Positions 18,731 through 27,801 of a stretch of 64,000 bases of DNA are shown piece after piece. Position 1 is the first letter of the stretch; every line of letters begins with the position of its first letter. The position numbers and the translations under genes were made by a program. The stretch is from NCBI GenBank assembly GCA_006226465.1, contig SBHJ01000262.1:6092-70091 (forward strand), read 5' to 3'. This DNA is from Alphaproteobacteria bacterium (GTDB taxonomy: Bacteria > Pseudomonadota > Alphaproteobacteria > Sphingomonadales > Sphingomonadaceae). Below the pieces are notes generated by a model. It was given only the letters and a program-made list of their open reading frames with translations. It was not told the DNA's origin and ran no database searches.

Positions 18731-18760
18731 CACGTGTGCAACGTGCATACCGCACTCAAA

Positions 18761-19234
18761 CTACAGTCTATGGTCGTAGATCCATTTGCGTATCTTCGTG
18801 GCGGTTATACGCGTGGTATCCGGATGGGCTGGGTTGATGAGAACGTTCGGTTCCTCGGGGACGATCGTTGACGGGACAAAGAGAAGCGCTGTTCTCTGAC
18901 TGATCACCCACTCCGTGCCGTAAGCCGTACTCTCGATGCCTGCGGGGTGGGCGTCCCACCCAACTGGAGCAGTACGATGATCAAGACGCTCAGCCCCACC
19001 CCAGATGTCGTCGGGGACAACCACCTCCACCAAATACCGGTTGAGCGGAAGTTCGTCAGCGGCGAGGTGGACGACCGTTTCAAGGCAAGCCAGCGACCGG
19101 GTGCTGGCGGTATACACCACCGCGACACCTTCATCGTTCCAGCGTCCTCCACTGAGTTTTGCCCCAGTGCCTGAGAGATCGCTCGCAGAATAGCTTCGCG
19201 TATCCGTGCCAATCCGCCAAAGGGATTGGCTCAC
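18761..19234 (-). CDS. RES-domain toxin (NAD+-degrading, MbcT/ParT-like)
   Basis: LWRI, GGRWN, YTAS..SLACLE, VPS, NVLINPAHPD. GTG start overlaps the antitoxin TGA. Confidence 0.92.
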   Translation of the reverse strand: MSQSLWRIGTDTRSYSASDLSGTGAKLSGGRWNDEGVAVVYTASTRSLACLETVVHLAADELPLNRYLVEVVVPDDIWGGAERLDHRTAPVGWDAHPAGIESTAYGTEWVISQRTALLFVPSTIVPEEPNVLINPAHPDTTRITATKIRKWIYDHRL

Positions 19235-19713
19235 GCAAAAGCTCCGGTCTGCATCTGCTGAAGGAGCTTTGATACGAGCATCTGCCCTTTCATGGTGTCG
19301 AGATATTCCAGGGGCTTCGCACCGCCTAAGGCCGGAACAGGCCGTCGCAGCCAATTGGCGAGCCAGGTACGAGCGTCGAAACCTTCGGGATTGCCGGACT
19401 CCTCGACCATCGCTTCGACCTGCCCAAGCAACTCGGCCAAGCCGATGACGCGTTCACTTTCATCGGCACTGAGTACCTGATTTTTCGTCGCCTTCCGATT
19501 GATCGTCGCCGTCTTCAGACTCAGGGCATCGAGCATAACCTTCTGGTCGAGGTTGAATCCCCTGATGAGATATTTGGCCGTTCGTGCGGGCACCCCCTTC
19601 TTGATGAAGGCGATTTTTTCGGCCGCTCCGGCACGGAAGAGGTCAATTGGCACAAGATTCCCAGTGGGGGCTTCGACCTTCGTCGTGATGGCGGTTCCAG
19701 CGCGTGTCATCAT
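19231..19713 (-). CDS. Xre/MbcA/ParS-family antitoxin
   Basis: N-terminal HTH (IKKGVP...LSADESER) and C-terminal WLRRPVPALGGAKPLEYLDT; upstream of the RES toxin. Confidence 0.92.
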   Translation of the reverse strand: MMTRAGTAITTKVEAPTGNLVPIDLFRAGAAEKIAFIKKGVPARTAKYLIRGFNLDQKVMLDALSLKTATINRKATKNQVLSADESERVIGLAELLGQVEAMVEESGNPEGFDARTWLANWLRRPVPALGGAKPLEYLDTMKGQMLVSKLLQQMQTGAFA

Positions 19714-19731
19714 TTGCTCCTTTGAGCAAAT
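19712..19731. promoter_or_regulatory. Inverted repeat ATTTGCTC-N4-GAGCAAAT over the antitoxin RBS/start; probable autoregulatory operator
   Basis: Perfect 8-bp arms at the start of the Xre-RES operon. Confidence 0.55.
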
Positions 19732-19845
19732 AAATAGCTCATACTAGCAGCAACATCAAGGATGAGTGATATGGATGGGCTGGCCGGCAAACACGTTCAG
19801 CAAGTCCGGTTCTCTCCTGGCTTTCCTGCGACACTTGAAGCGGCG

Positions 19846-20072
19846 GCCCTCTTTGCGCCTATGAGCCTGCCTTGGCGCAAGGGCATTTTCCGAGCCTCTC
19901 CACCACAAGCCTCCCCTTCCCTCCTCGCACTACACTCACTGCCCAACCCCACCCCCCCCCCGCGCTGCGAACACTCAGTGCGGTATGCAACCTGCTCAAT
20001 CTGGCGCGTTCTAGCCGTTGCCTGACCTCGTTTGTCGCCACGATGAGGTTATTCGCCGTCGTTCATTTCGTT
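19846..20072. repeat. Degenerate direct repeat, copy A (~225 bp)
   Basis: Colinear blocks shared with 23517-23739: GCCCTCTTT..GCAAGG; 19911-19950 vs 23581-23620 (33/40 identical); CCGCGCTGCG..CACTC; 20041-20072 vs 23708-23739 (28/32). Confidence 0.8.
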
Positions 20073-20255
20073 ATTGTCGTCTCCGGGGTCGCCCCCCTCT
20101 CCCTAGAAAAATCCGCCCCGACTAGGCTGAGGCAACTTTCTGCTTGCCGTCTTATCGTCGCGCGCTCGCTGCTTCCTGTTCCGCCTCGACTGCACACCTT
20201 GCGTATCGGGGCATTGTGCCTTGCAAACATTCCTCCTGGGTGGGAAATTACGGCT

Positions 20256-20561
20256 ATGAGTGAGCTAGGTATCGTCGTTTATACACCCCATGACGGGTTT
20301 GTGGTCGTGCAGCACGATAGCGGCTTTGCAGTCGTTGAATTGCTGGACGATGAGACCGGCATCGGGTGCGGCGATACCCTCCATACTCGATCTTGGGAGA
20401 CACTTGGCACTGACACGCTCTATCGCGGCGATGTTGCTTACGAAGCCGGGTTTTGGAGCTCCTATGATCGGTTGCAGGACGCCCAGGAAAAGGCGCTGCG
20501 CTTCGTGTGCCATCTACTTGGGATCGCCATGACAACGACATCGGCAGAATTGGCGAACTGA
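20256..20561 (+). CDS. Hypothetical protein (~101 aa, beta-rich N-terminus)
   Basis: Protein-like sequence from ATG 20256; the upstream extension overlaps the repeat and looks non-coding. Confidence 0.55.
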   Translation: MSELGIVVYTPHDGFVVVQHDSGFAVVELLDDETGIGCGDTLHTRSWETLGTDTLYRGDVAYEAGFWSSYDRLQDAQEKALRFVCHLLGIAMTTTSAELAN

Positions 20562-20891
20562 ACGACGATCCTGGTGCGGAATTTTATGATCCGTCCGTTG
20601 CTTTCTGTTCGGCCGCGAACGCACGCTTGGTATCAGGCCGAGGGATGGATTTGTGTCTGGGGGACCGTGAGCGCCATCGCTCTCGGTGCGATCCTGCGGT
20701 GGTTCGGCATCGACAAGGGCGACTGTCCGGGAAATTTCCCGGACTTTGGCGGCGGCTAGGCGCGCGGGCCTGAGACAAGACGGACGTGCGTAGAGCCTAG
20801 CGTTGAGACCGGGACAGGCCTGTCTAGCCAAATTCTGATACGGCTAGCCGCAAGCGCCCCGGTGCGCTATATTGCCCGCAGGAGAATCGCC

Positions 20892-21155
20892 ATGTCCCGT
20901 ACCGAACATATCCAGCTCAATGTCCGCTCCGCGTTCGCGCGCGCCCGCGCGCAGGAACTAGCGCGCCTGACCGGTATGACCGCGACGCAGGTGGTCGAGG
21001 ACGCCCTGCGCGGTTATGTTCCGCCAGGCACGGCGGCGAAGGTCGGAAAGCTCGTCAAGCGCGGGCCGATCCTGGTGCGCCCGTCCGGCGGCGCCAGGGT
21101 CAGTCTCGAGGAGGCCAATGCCGCGCTTGAGGCCGCCCGGGAGCGTGACGATTGA
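20892..21155 (+). CDS. vapB: VapB-type antitoxin (Rv0623-like)
   Basis: QLNVRS...ARAQELARLTGMTATQVVEDALR; GGAG RBS; overlaps the PIN gene. Confidence 0.8.
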   Translation: MSRTEHIQLNVRSAFARARAQELARLTGMTATQVVEDALRGYVPPGTAAKVGKLVKRGPILVRPSGGARVSLEEANAALEAARERDD

Positions 21156-21616
21156 AGGCCGAGGCGCTGCTCGACAGCAATGTGATCATCGCAATGCTGG
21201 CCGAAGCCCATGAACACCACAAGCAGTCGCTCGCGCTGGTCGCGGGAGAACCGCGCCGCAGATTTGCTGTAGCGGCCCATAGCTATGCGGAAGCCTACAG
21301 CACGCTGACGCGCCGGGGCGAGCGGTCGCCGTTCCGGTTCGCCGCGGAGGAAGCCTGGGCGGCGCTCGAAAGCGTTCGCGCCGTCACGGATCTGGTCGGG
21401 CTGACACCCGCGCAATCCTTCGATGCTATCAGGGGCTTTGCACAAAGTGGCGGAGTTGGTGCGCGGCTTTACGACCTGCTGATCGGTGAGGCTGCGGTGG
21501 TCCATGATATTCCGGTCATTGTGACATGGAACGTCGGCCATATGCGCGATCTGTTCCCGGACCTGACGGTCGCGACCCCCAAGGAATTCGGGAGCAGCGC
21601 CGACACGAACCATTGA
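21152..21616 (+). CDS. vapC: PIN-domain VapC toxin
   Basis: LLDSNVII, AEAYSTLTR, YDLLIG, IVTWN acidic PIN motifs. Confidence 0.9.
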   Translation: MKAEALLDSNVIIAMLAEAHEHHKQSLALVAGEPRRRFAVAAHSYAEAYSTLTRRGERSPFRFAAEEAWAALESVRAVTDLVGLTPAQSFDAIRGFAQSGGVGARLYDLLIGEAAVVHDIPVIVTWNVGHMRDLFPDLTVATPKEFGSSADTNH

Positions 21617-21671
21617 GGATAGCACAGCTATTATCAACGCTTGGGCATGCGTCTATTCAACGTGAGGCAGA

Positions 21672-21971
21672 GTGATGACGACCAATCAAATTACTGTGCA
21701 TGCTAACGAAAAAGATGTGCGCGAGGTGCTTGCATCCGTACTCGCTCCCGAAGAATTGTCCATGTTCGACATCAAGGAACAGGAACAACCGCAGGATCCG
21801 TTCGAAGCCGATCAGCGCGGCGAAACGATCTCATTCATGACGATCCTTGTCTGGCTTTCTCAAGCCGCCGCCAGCGGCATGGCCTACGACATCATGCGCA
21901 AGGCATCCAGCGCTCTCGTGGAACGGTTCGGAAAGGATCGTGTCGTTGTCAGACCGCCTTCTGAAGACTGA
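21672..21971 (+). CDS. Small protein with a C-terminal hydrophobic/amphipathic hairpin
   Basis: 99 aa; acidic linker then RG-ETISFMTILVWLSQAAASGMAYDIMRK; overlaps the next gene. Confidence 0.7.
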   Translation: MMTTNQITVHANEKDVREVLASVLAPEELSMFDIKEQEQPQDPFEADQRGETISFMTILVWLSQAAASGMAYDIMRKASSALVERFGKDRVVVRPPSED

Positions 21972-23502
21972 TCCCTTCGAACCCGGTTCCCGGCATGAGG
22001 AGGTTCAAGGCGCTCGCTTTTGGCCGGATACTCTGTTCGTCGACCTGTCAGCCTATCCCGACGAGGTGCAAAGCTACGATCATCGCGAGCTGACATTTTG
22101 GGACGATTGCGATCTGGGTATTCTGGTCGCCATGGCGGCCAGGATGCACGAGCAGCTGCATTGGTTGCAAACAATCGGCACAACGTTCGGCCGGTTTCTG
22201 GCGACCAATCGTGTCACGACCGGGGATCTCGCGGACGCAATATTGACCACCGCCACTCCCCGAGAGCTGGACATGCTCATCGACGCAAGGCGGCGCTCGA
22301 TCCCACCTGCCTTGCGTGATAGCACCGGCAGGCTCTCCCACGAGATGGGGTACTCCCCAACGTTACAATCCTTGTTTGATCACTGGTGGTCGACTGTTGC
22401 CCTAGAGCATTATCTGGTGGATTCTGGGGCCGAACTGCTCGGTCCTATCGATCCCCGCTTTATGGTTGGTTTGAGCCTTCGTTATGCGGTTGCCGGCAAT
22501 AGACCGATCGATGTCTTCAATGCCCCGGATGAAGGGTTCATGGAGACGACCCGAGCCTTTGGCCCGCGTGATTCAAGCCCGGCCTTCAGGACCACTTCGG
22601 GATTGACCGTCCGCAATATCGAGGAAACCGCGGCCCTCGTGCTGCAACTCATCACAAAGGCGAGCCTGGCGGAAATGCTTAGCGATGAGCGGCAGGCCAA
22701 ATATGCCGAGCAGACCTCGCTGTGGTCACTCGAGCGCTTCCTTGATGATCGACAGTCTCTCTACACCAAAGCACTGATGTTCTACGCGAAGCAGGCGTCC
22801 CTATCCGATCCCCATCGCTTTTTCGAACTACTGCTGTTGCTATGCGACATTGCCCTCAATCCGAGAATTCCGGACGATGGCTCGCCTCTGGGCGCGGAAT
22901 GGAACGATTTCCATCCTGTATGCCGTTTCGAGCGACTCGTCGCTGCGCTGGAGGGGTTCACGCCTGATGTTCGCAAGATCGATGGGCGTCCTCCGCTGAA
23001 ATGGTGGGAGGAAGAACGCTATCGGCTCGTCGAACGTGCGGGTATCAGCGATGGTGCTAAAGATCGCGCTTTCTGCTCCATCCCCCAAACCGCGCAAGAT
23101 GCCCTGGAGGCACCCTCAGACCACATTCGCGCTTTCCTGGCCAAAGCTGGAGTGAACCTTGGCATCCTTCGGGATCACTATCCGTCTGTCGTGGCGAGCC
23201 CGATTCACACCCTGCTGCACGACACGGAAGGCATGGTTGCTCTTACCGACACGTTCGAGGGACCGAACTTCGATCCGCCGCTCAACATCCGCAGCTTTGG
23301 GGATGGGGAACCTTCACCATCAATCGACACACGGACCTATGTGCATACACTTGTCGCGTTGACATCGCGTCGGGCAACGCACTCTTGGCTTGTTCGGGCC
23401 GGACCATTGAATTTTCTTGGCTTGCCGACCGATACAATTGGCTTGAGGGCGCAACAGGTAGCCATTGAGCGATTGTCAGGTCTATATGATATCGAGGCCT
23501 GA
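21946..23502 (+). CDS. Putative HExxH zinc metallopeptidase-like protein
   Basis: Long ORF (open from 21847; AAGGA before TTG 21946), MHEQLHWLQ motif and a later IEE candidate third ligand. Start uncertain. Confidence 0.7.
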   Translation: MSDRLLKTDPFEPGSRHEEVQGARFWPDTLFVDLSAYPDEVQSYDHRELTFWDDCDLGILVAMAARMHEQLHWLQTIGTTFGRFLATNRVTTGDLADAILTTATPRELDMLIDARRRSIPPALRDSTGRLSHEMGYSPTLQSLFDHWWSTVALEHYLVDSGAELLGPIDPRFMVGLSLRYAVAGNRPIDVFNAPDEGFMETTRAFGPRDSSPAFRTTSGLTVRNIEETAALVLQLITKASLAEMLSDERQAKYAEQTSLWSLERFLDDRQSLYTKALMFYAKQASLSDPHRFFELLLLLCDIALNPRIPDDGSPLGAEWNDFHPVCRFERLVAALEGFTPDVRKIDGRPPLKWWEEERYRLVERAGISDGAKDRAFCSIPQTAQDALEAPSDHIRAFLAKAGVNLGILRDHYPSVVASPIHTLLHDTEGMVALTDTFEGPNFDPPLNIRSFGDGEPSPSIDTRTYVHTLVALTSRRATHSWLVRAGPLNFLGLPTDTIGLRAQQVAIERLSGLYDIEA

Positions 23503-23516
23503 CAGGACCTAGCCCC

Positions 23517-23739
23517 GCCCTCTTTCTCCACGGAAGATGGCTTCGAGCAAGGAAATTTATCAGGTCTATCGAGCTTAACCCTCCCCCTCCTACCTCGCAC
23601 TACCCTCGCCGCTCAACCCCGACCCTCCGCGCTGCGGTCACTCGATGATTGAATTTACCCGGTTATTGTCTCGTGGGTCGTGGCGTTTCTCATCTCGTTT
23701 CAGATCGCGATGAGATCATTCTCCGTCGTTCACTTCGTT
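23517..23739. repeat. Degenerate direct repeat, copy B (overlaps luxR 3' end)
   Basis: See copy A. The last block encodes the LuxR C-terminus NEVNDGE* on the minus strand. Confidence 0.8.
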
Positions 23740-24531
23740 CAATATTTGCCCGTCCAATAAGGCTCGGGCGACGAGAGCCGAACGTTTGTAAACGCCGTAA
23801 CGCTGCATAGCGACCGATATGAAGTATTTGACCGTTGCTCCACCAAGGCCGAGGATCTTTCCGATTTCCCAATCAGTTTTGCCGAGTGCGACCAGTGTCG
23901 TGCATTCAGCCTCTCGTCGCGTGAGCTTAGGCCCGGCGACCCGCCGCTTGGGTTGATAAAGGCGTAGAGCCATATTGAACCCATAAGAAGCGATGACATG
24001 CAACGCGGCCAATAGGTCGGGTGTCGCCTCGACAACCCGCGAAGCCGCAAAGGTACAGGAGGCGCGTGGTTCTCCCGGAATGTGCAAGGGGATCGTCACA
24101 CCATGCGAAATGCCATGTAAACGCGCTGCGCCGAACAACGCCAGCTGGGGTTCACGAAGCGGAACAAGTCCAGGTATTTCGTCCCACGTAAAGGGACGGT
24201 CCAACAATTCGCTGACCTCATAAACGGGGTCGAGCACATAGTGATGATTCTCGATATAGGATTTTATGAATTCTGTCGGGTAGTTCGTCACCACCAGCGC
24301 GTGCTCGGCCAAACGGGGTAAACTGCCATGCTGGACCAGGGCGACGTGGTCGAAGCCCATTTCTCTAGCAGCGTGGGCCAGGCCTTCGCATAGCGTATCG
24401 AAGGAAGTCGCTTTCAGAAGCTGAGAGAGAACGTCGCGCAGGTGAGGTCCAAGAAACACAGGATTCCTCCTTGCTGGAACGAGACTCCGCAATCCTGTCG
24501 GTAGCGTCGACCTGGCGACGGCATGGCCCAC
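23716..24531 (-). CDS. LuxR-family regulator (autoinducer-binding domain plus HTH); no luxI in window
   Basis: NYP..F...Y......LDPV, PFTW, HGISHGVTIPLH, LTRREAEC..LVALGKTDWEIG. Start uncertain. Confidence 0.9.
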   Translation of the reverse strand: MGHAVARSTLPTGLRSLVPARRNPVFLGPHLRDVLSQLLKATSFDTLCEGLAHAAREMGFDHVALVQHGSLPRLAEHALVVTNYPTEFIKSYIENHHYVLDPVYEVSELLDRPFTWDEIPGLVPLREPQLALFGAARLHGISHGVTIPLHIPGEPRASCTFAASRVVEATPDLLAALHVIASYGFNMALRLYQPKRRVAGPKLTRREAECTTLVALGKTDWEIGKILGLGGATVKYFISVAMQRYGVYKRSALVARALLDGQILNEVNDGE

Positions 24532-25054
24532 TCACGGTCAACGCCATCGTGCGTTCTAGGAGTGGACGCGAAGCACGCAGCGGCATGGGCGTGCCTGCGG
24601 GCAGGATGGGAGTCACATTTTTGCAATCAAACGATGTCATCATATATCGTTAGACACTTTGAGCCGGTGATTCTGGCAATGACCGGGCAATTTTTTTGCT
24701 GACGATCTCATCCGTTCTTGCGGATTCGTTCGGCTCGAACCCGATAGTCACAGCAGCTTTCACGGAAAATCACGGTGCTTGAACGGAAGAGCGATCGCTC
24801 TTGCCGGGCTTTTTGTTCCCAAAATCGGCATTGATGCGGATACCGATCAGGATGGCGACTACCTAGGCTTCGAGGCCGATCCAGGTTCCAACATCAGGCC
24901 GACAGCGACAGCGTCGATGCATCGTGCCGCAACGTCCTGAGGCGCTGCACCACTCAAGAATCATCAGCGGCGCAAAACTGCGGAAAGCCGTAATTACTGG
25001 CTGCAAGTCTGCGGGATAGGCGTTTCAGGCAGTGTTGCCGAAGGAACAGCATCC

Positions 25055-26059
25055 ATGTCCGATTGCCCCCCCTTCCCAAGCTTGGCCTATTCCGCAGGCC
25101 CAGAGAGGCTTGTGGCGATGGGACGAAGCGTCATTGCAACGGAAGCGGAAGCACTCTGGGCATTGGGAAACGAGCTCGATCTATCCTTTGGCCATGCCAT
25201 CGCGACGCTCCAGCAGACAAAGGGGCGCATCTGTGTCTGCGGCCTGGGCAAATCCGGGCATATTGCGCGAAAGATCGCCTCGACGCTTTCCGCCACCGGC
25301 TCCCCGGCTCTGTTTCTTCATGCAAGCGAGGCCGTCCATGGCGATATCGGCACATTGCACGAATCCGATACACTTCTCATCCTTTCCAATTCGGGCAGCA
25401 CCCGCGAACTGGGCACGATCCTTCTTCGGGCAGATCATATGAATATTCCGATTGTCGCGATCACCTCGGCGCGAGGTTCGCGGCTGGCTGATGCGGCCGA
25501 GACCTGCCTGTTTCTTCCTAACCGTCCCGAGGCATGTCCCCACAACAGTTCTCCGTCAACATCGACAGCGATGATGCTCGCCTTGGGGGATGCTCTCGCG
25601 ATCACCTTGATGCGAGTGAAAGGAATTACGGCTGAGACGTTGCATTTCTTCCACCCCGGCGGACGCCTGGGTCTGGATCTCGTGACGATCGAGAGTTTCA
25701 TGCACAGGGGAGAGGAATTGCCACTCGTTCCACTTGGCGCTTCAATGGAGACTGTCGTCGCCACAATGAGCGAAGGTGGCTTTGGCATCGCCGCGGTTGT
25801 CGATGACCAAGGCTCGCTTGAGGGCGTGATCACCGATGGCGACCTCAGGCGGCACGCGCATTCATTTCGCGACGGGCTGGCGAGTGAAATAATGACGCGC
25901 AAACCGCATGTTCTTTGTGGGGATATGCTCGCTCGCGATGCCCTGGAAATGCTCTCTCGAGCGCGCATCACGTCATTGCTCGTGGTGAATAGCGAATACG
26001 ATCGCCGGGTCGTTGGCCTCGTTCACATCCACGATCTGCTCCGTCTCGAGATCGGTTGA
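25055..26059 (+). CDS. kpsF: Arabinose-5-phosphate isomerase KpsF/KdsD (SIS plus CBS)
   Basis: GLGKSGHIARKIASTLSATGSPA, EAVHGDIG, HPGGRLG, ITDGDLRR. Confidence 0.95.
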   Translation: MSDCPPFPSLAYSAGPERLVAMGRSVIATEAEALWALGNELDLSFGHAIATLQQTKGRICVCGLGKSGHIARKIASTLSATGSPALFLHASEAVHGDIGTLHESDTLLILSNSGSTRELGTILLRADHMNIPIVAITSARGSRLADAAETCLFLPNRPEACPHNSSPSTSTAMMLALGDALAITLMRVKGITAETLHFFHPGGRLGLDLVTIESFMHRGEELPLVPLGASMETVVATMSEGGFGIAAVVDDQGSLEGVITDGDLRRHAHSFRDGLASEIMTRKPHVLCGDMLARDALEMLSRARITSLLVVNSEYDRRVVGLVHIHDLLRLEIG

Positions 26060-26060
26060 T

Positions 26061-26849
26061 ATGCGCATTACGATCGTCATTCCGGCGCGATACGAATCCA
26101 CCCGATTTCCTGGAAAGCCGTTCGCTCGGCTCAGGGGAGCCGGCGGGTCTGAGAGGTCGCTGCTGGCTCGTACCGTAGATGCGGCCATGGCTGTGGGCCC
26201 TTCGATCGATGTTGTGGTGGCAACCGACGATGCACGGATTGCCGACGCCGCGCGTGCTGCCGGAGCGCGCTCAACCATTACGTCGAGCTTGTGCTTGAAT
26301 GGAACCGAGCGTTGCGCTGCGGCGATTGAAGATGGCGCTGTTGATGCGGACGTCATTATCAATTTGCAGGGAGACGCCCCGCTCACGCCATCAAGCGCTA
26401 TCTCTGCGTTGATCTCCGAGATCAGCACTGACCCCGCCGTACTGGTCGCCACTGCAATGACACGGTGTGGTCCCGACACGGTTGCGAGGCTGCGCGTGGA
26501 TGAGGCGGCTGGCCGTATTGGGGGCACCACTGTCGTAGCGGACGGGGCTGGCGATGCCCTATATTTCTCGAAACGAATACTGCCTTATGGCGGAGGCAGC
26601 GCGGATTGCCCGATTTTCCTCCATCTAGGCCTTTACGCTTATCGACGCCGTGCCCTGTTGCACTATGCGGCCCTTCCCCCCGCCCCGCTCGAAGCCGCCG
26701 AGGGACTGGAGCAACTGCGTTTTCTGGATGAACGCATTCCGGTGCGTATGGTGGAAATCAGCGAGCCTCCCGGTGGTCTCTGGGAGGTAAACAACCCGGG
26801 CGACATTCCCATTGTTGAGCAAGCACTCGAATTGCGGGGTATCGCGTGA
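26061..26849 (+). CDS. kdsB: CMP-Kdo synthetase KdsB/KpsU
   Basis: IPARYESTRFPGKP, VATDD, GTER, NLQGD, LYFSK, LEQLRFL. Confidence 0.95.
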   Translation: MRITIVIPARYESTRFPGKPFARLRGAGGSERSLLARTVDAAMAVGPSIDVVVATDDARIADAARAAGARSTITSSLCLNGTERCAAAIEDGAVDADVIINLQGDAPLTPSSAISALISEISTDPAVLVATAMTRCGPDTVARLRVDEAAGRIGGTTVVADGAGDALYFSKRILPYGGGSADCPIFLHLGLYAYRRRALLHYAALPPAPLEAAEGLEQLRFLDERIPVRMVEISEPPGGLWEVNNPGDIPIVEQALELRGIA

Positions 26850-26871
26850 TGGGATTGGGTGGAGGTCGGCT

Positions 26872-27726
26872 ATGATCGTTCGCGATACCGCGATTGGTCA
26901 GGACAAACCCCTGTTTCTGATCGCTGGCCCCTGCGTGTTGGAGTCGCTGGAACTGTCACTGCGCGTCGCGGATTACTTATCGCAAATCGCGCACAGGCAT
27001 CATATCCTGGTTGTTTTCAAGGGTTCGTTCGACAAAGCCAATCGAACGTCACTTACATCCTATCGAGGTCCCGGACTTCACGACGGGTTGGAAATTCTTC
27101 GTGCAGTTTCCGAGAAGACCGGATTGCCTGTTTTGACGGATGTTCACGAGCCCGATCAGGTCATGACGGTTGCCGAGGTAGCCGATGTCCTACAAACGCC
27201 CGCCCTTCTCGCACGCCAGAGCGACTTGATCGTCGCAGCCGCCCGATCAGGCCGAACCGTCAATATCAAGAAGGGGCAGTTCATGGCGCCGTGGGATATG
27301 ACGCAGGTGCTTGAAAAAGCGCGATCTGCGGCGGTAGCGGCCGGCAATGACCCAAATTCGTTCTTCCTTTGCGAACGGGGGACGAGCTTTGGCTACAATA
27401 ATCTGGTCACCGACCTTCGTAGCCTTTCAGTAATGGCTGAAACAGGAGCTCCGGTTGTTTTCGACGCAAGCCACAGCGTGCAAGAACCCGGGAGCCTTGG
27501 AAACTGTTCGGGAGGCGATCGTCGTCATATCCCGTTGTTGTGTCGTGGAGCAGTTGCTGCGGGAATTGCAGGACTGTTCATCGAGACACACCCCGATCCG
27601 TCCAGAGCGCTTTCCGACGGTCCCAACTCATGGCCGCTCGATCTTCTCGATCCGTTGATAGAGCAGCTCGTTGGGCTCGATCGCTCCATCAAAGCCAGTC
27701 TGGCTGCCTATCCGTCGGCGCAGTGA
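26872..27726 (+). CDS. kdsA: Kdo-8-phosphate synthase KdsA
   Basis: IAGPCVLE, SFDKANRTS, NIKKGQF, CERG, FDASHSVQ, ETHPDP..ALSDG. Confidence 0.96.
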   Translation: MIVRDTAIGQDKPLFLIAGPCVLESLELSLRVADYLSQIAHRHHILVVFKGSFDKANRTSLTSYRGPGLHDGLEILRAVSEKTGLPVLTDVHEPDQVMTVAEVADVLQTPALLARQSDLIVAAARSGRTVNIKKGQFMAPWDMTQVLEKARSAAVAAGNDPNSFFLCERGTSFGYNNLVTDLRSLSVMAETGAPVVFDASHSVQEPGSLGNCSGGDRRHIPLLCRGAVAAGIAGLFIETHPDPSRALSDGPNSWPLDLLDPLIEQLVGLDRSIKASLAAYPSAQ

Positions 27727-27801
27727 AAGGGTGGAATGCTCTATGCTGCGGCAGAATTTGATTGAAAACCGGTATCCCTCCGACATGGCAGCGGACAGAT
27801 A

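Noticed and set aside
19915-19965. oriT/nic site (minus-strand GAGTGTAGTGC resembles F nic) or phase-variable C10 tract
   Set aside because: The match is short and differs in copy B, no relaxase is in the window, and the C-run is not in a supported gene or mapped promoter.
19872-20255. N-terminal extension of the 229-aa ORF
   Set aside because: Runs through the non-coding repeat and poly-C tract; protein-like sequence starts at ATG 20256.
20574-20759. 61-aa ORF with one hydrophobic segment
   Set aside because: Too short, no clear RBS or family; cannot be supported.
24532-25054. lux box upstream of kpsF (ACCT...AGGT near 24860-24886)
   Set aside because: Spacing exceeds the 18-20-bp canonical box and the symmetry is weak.
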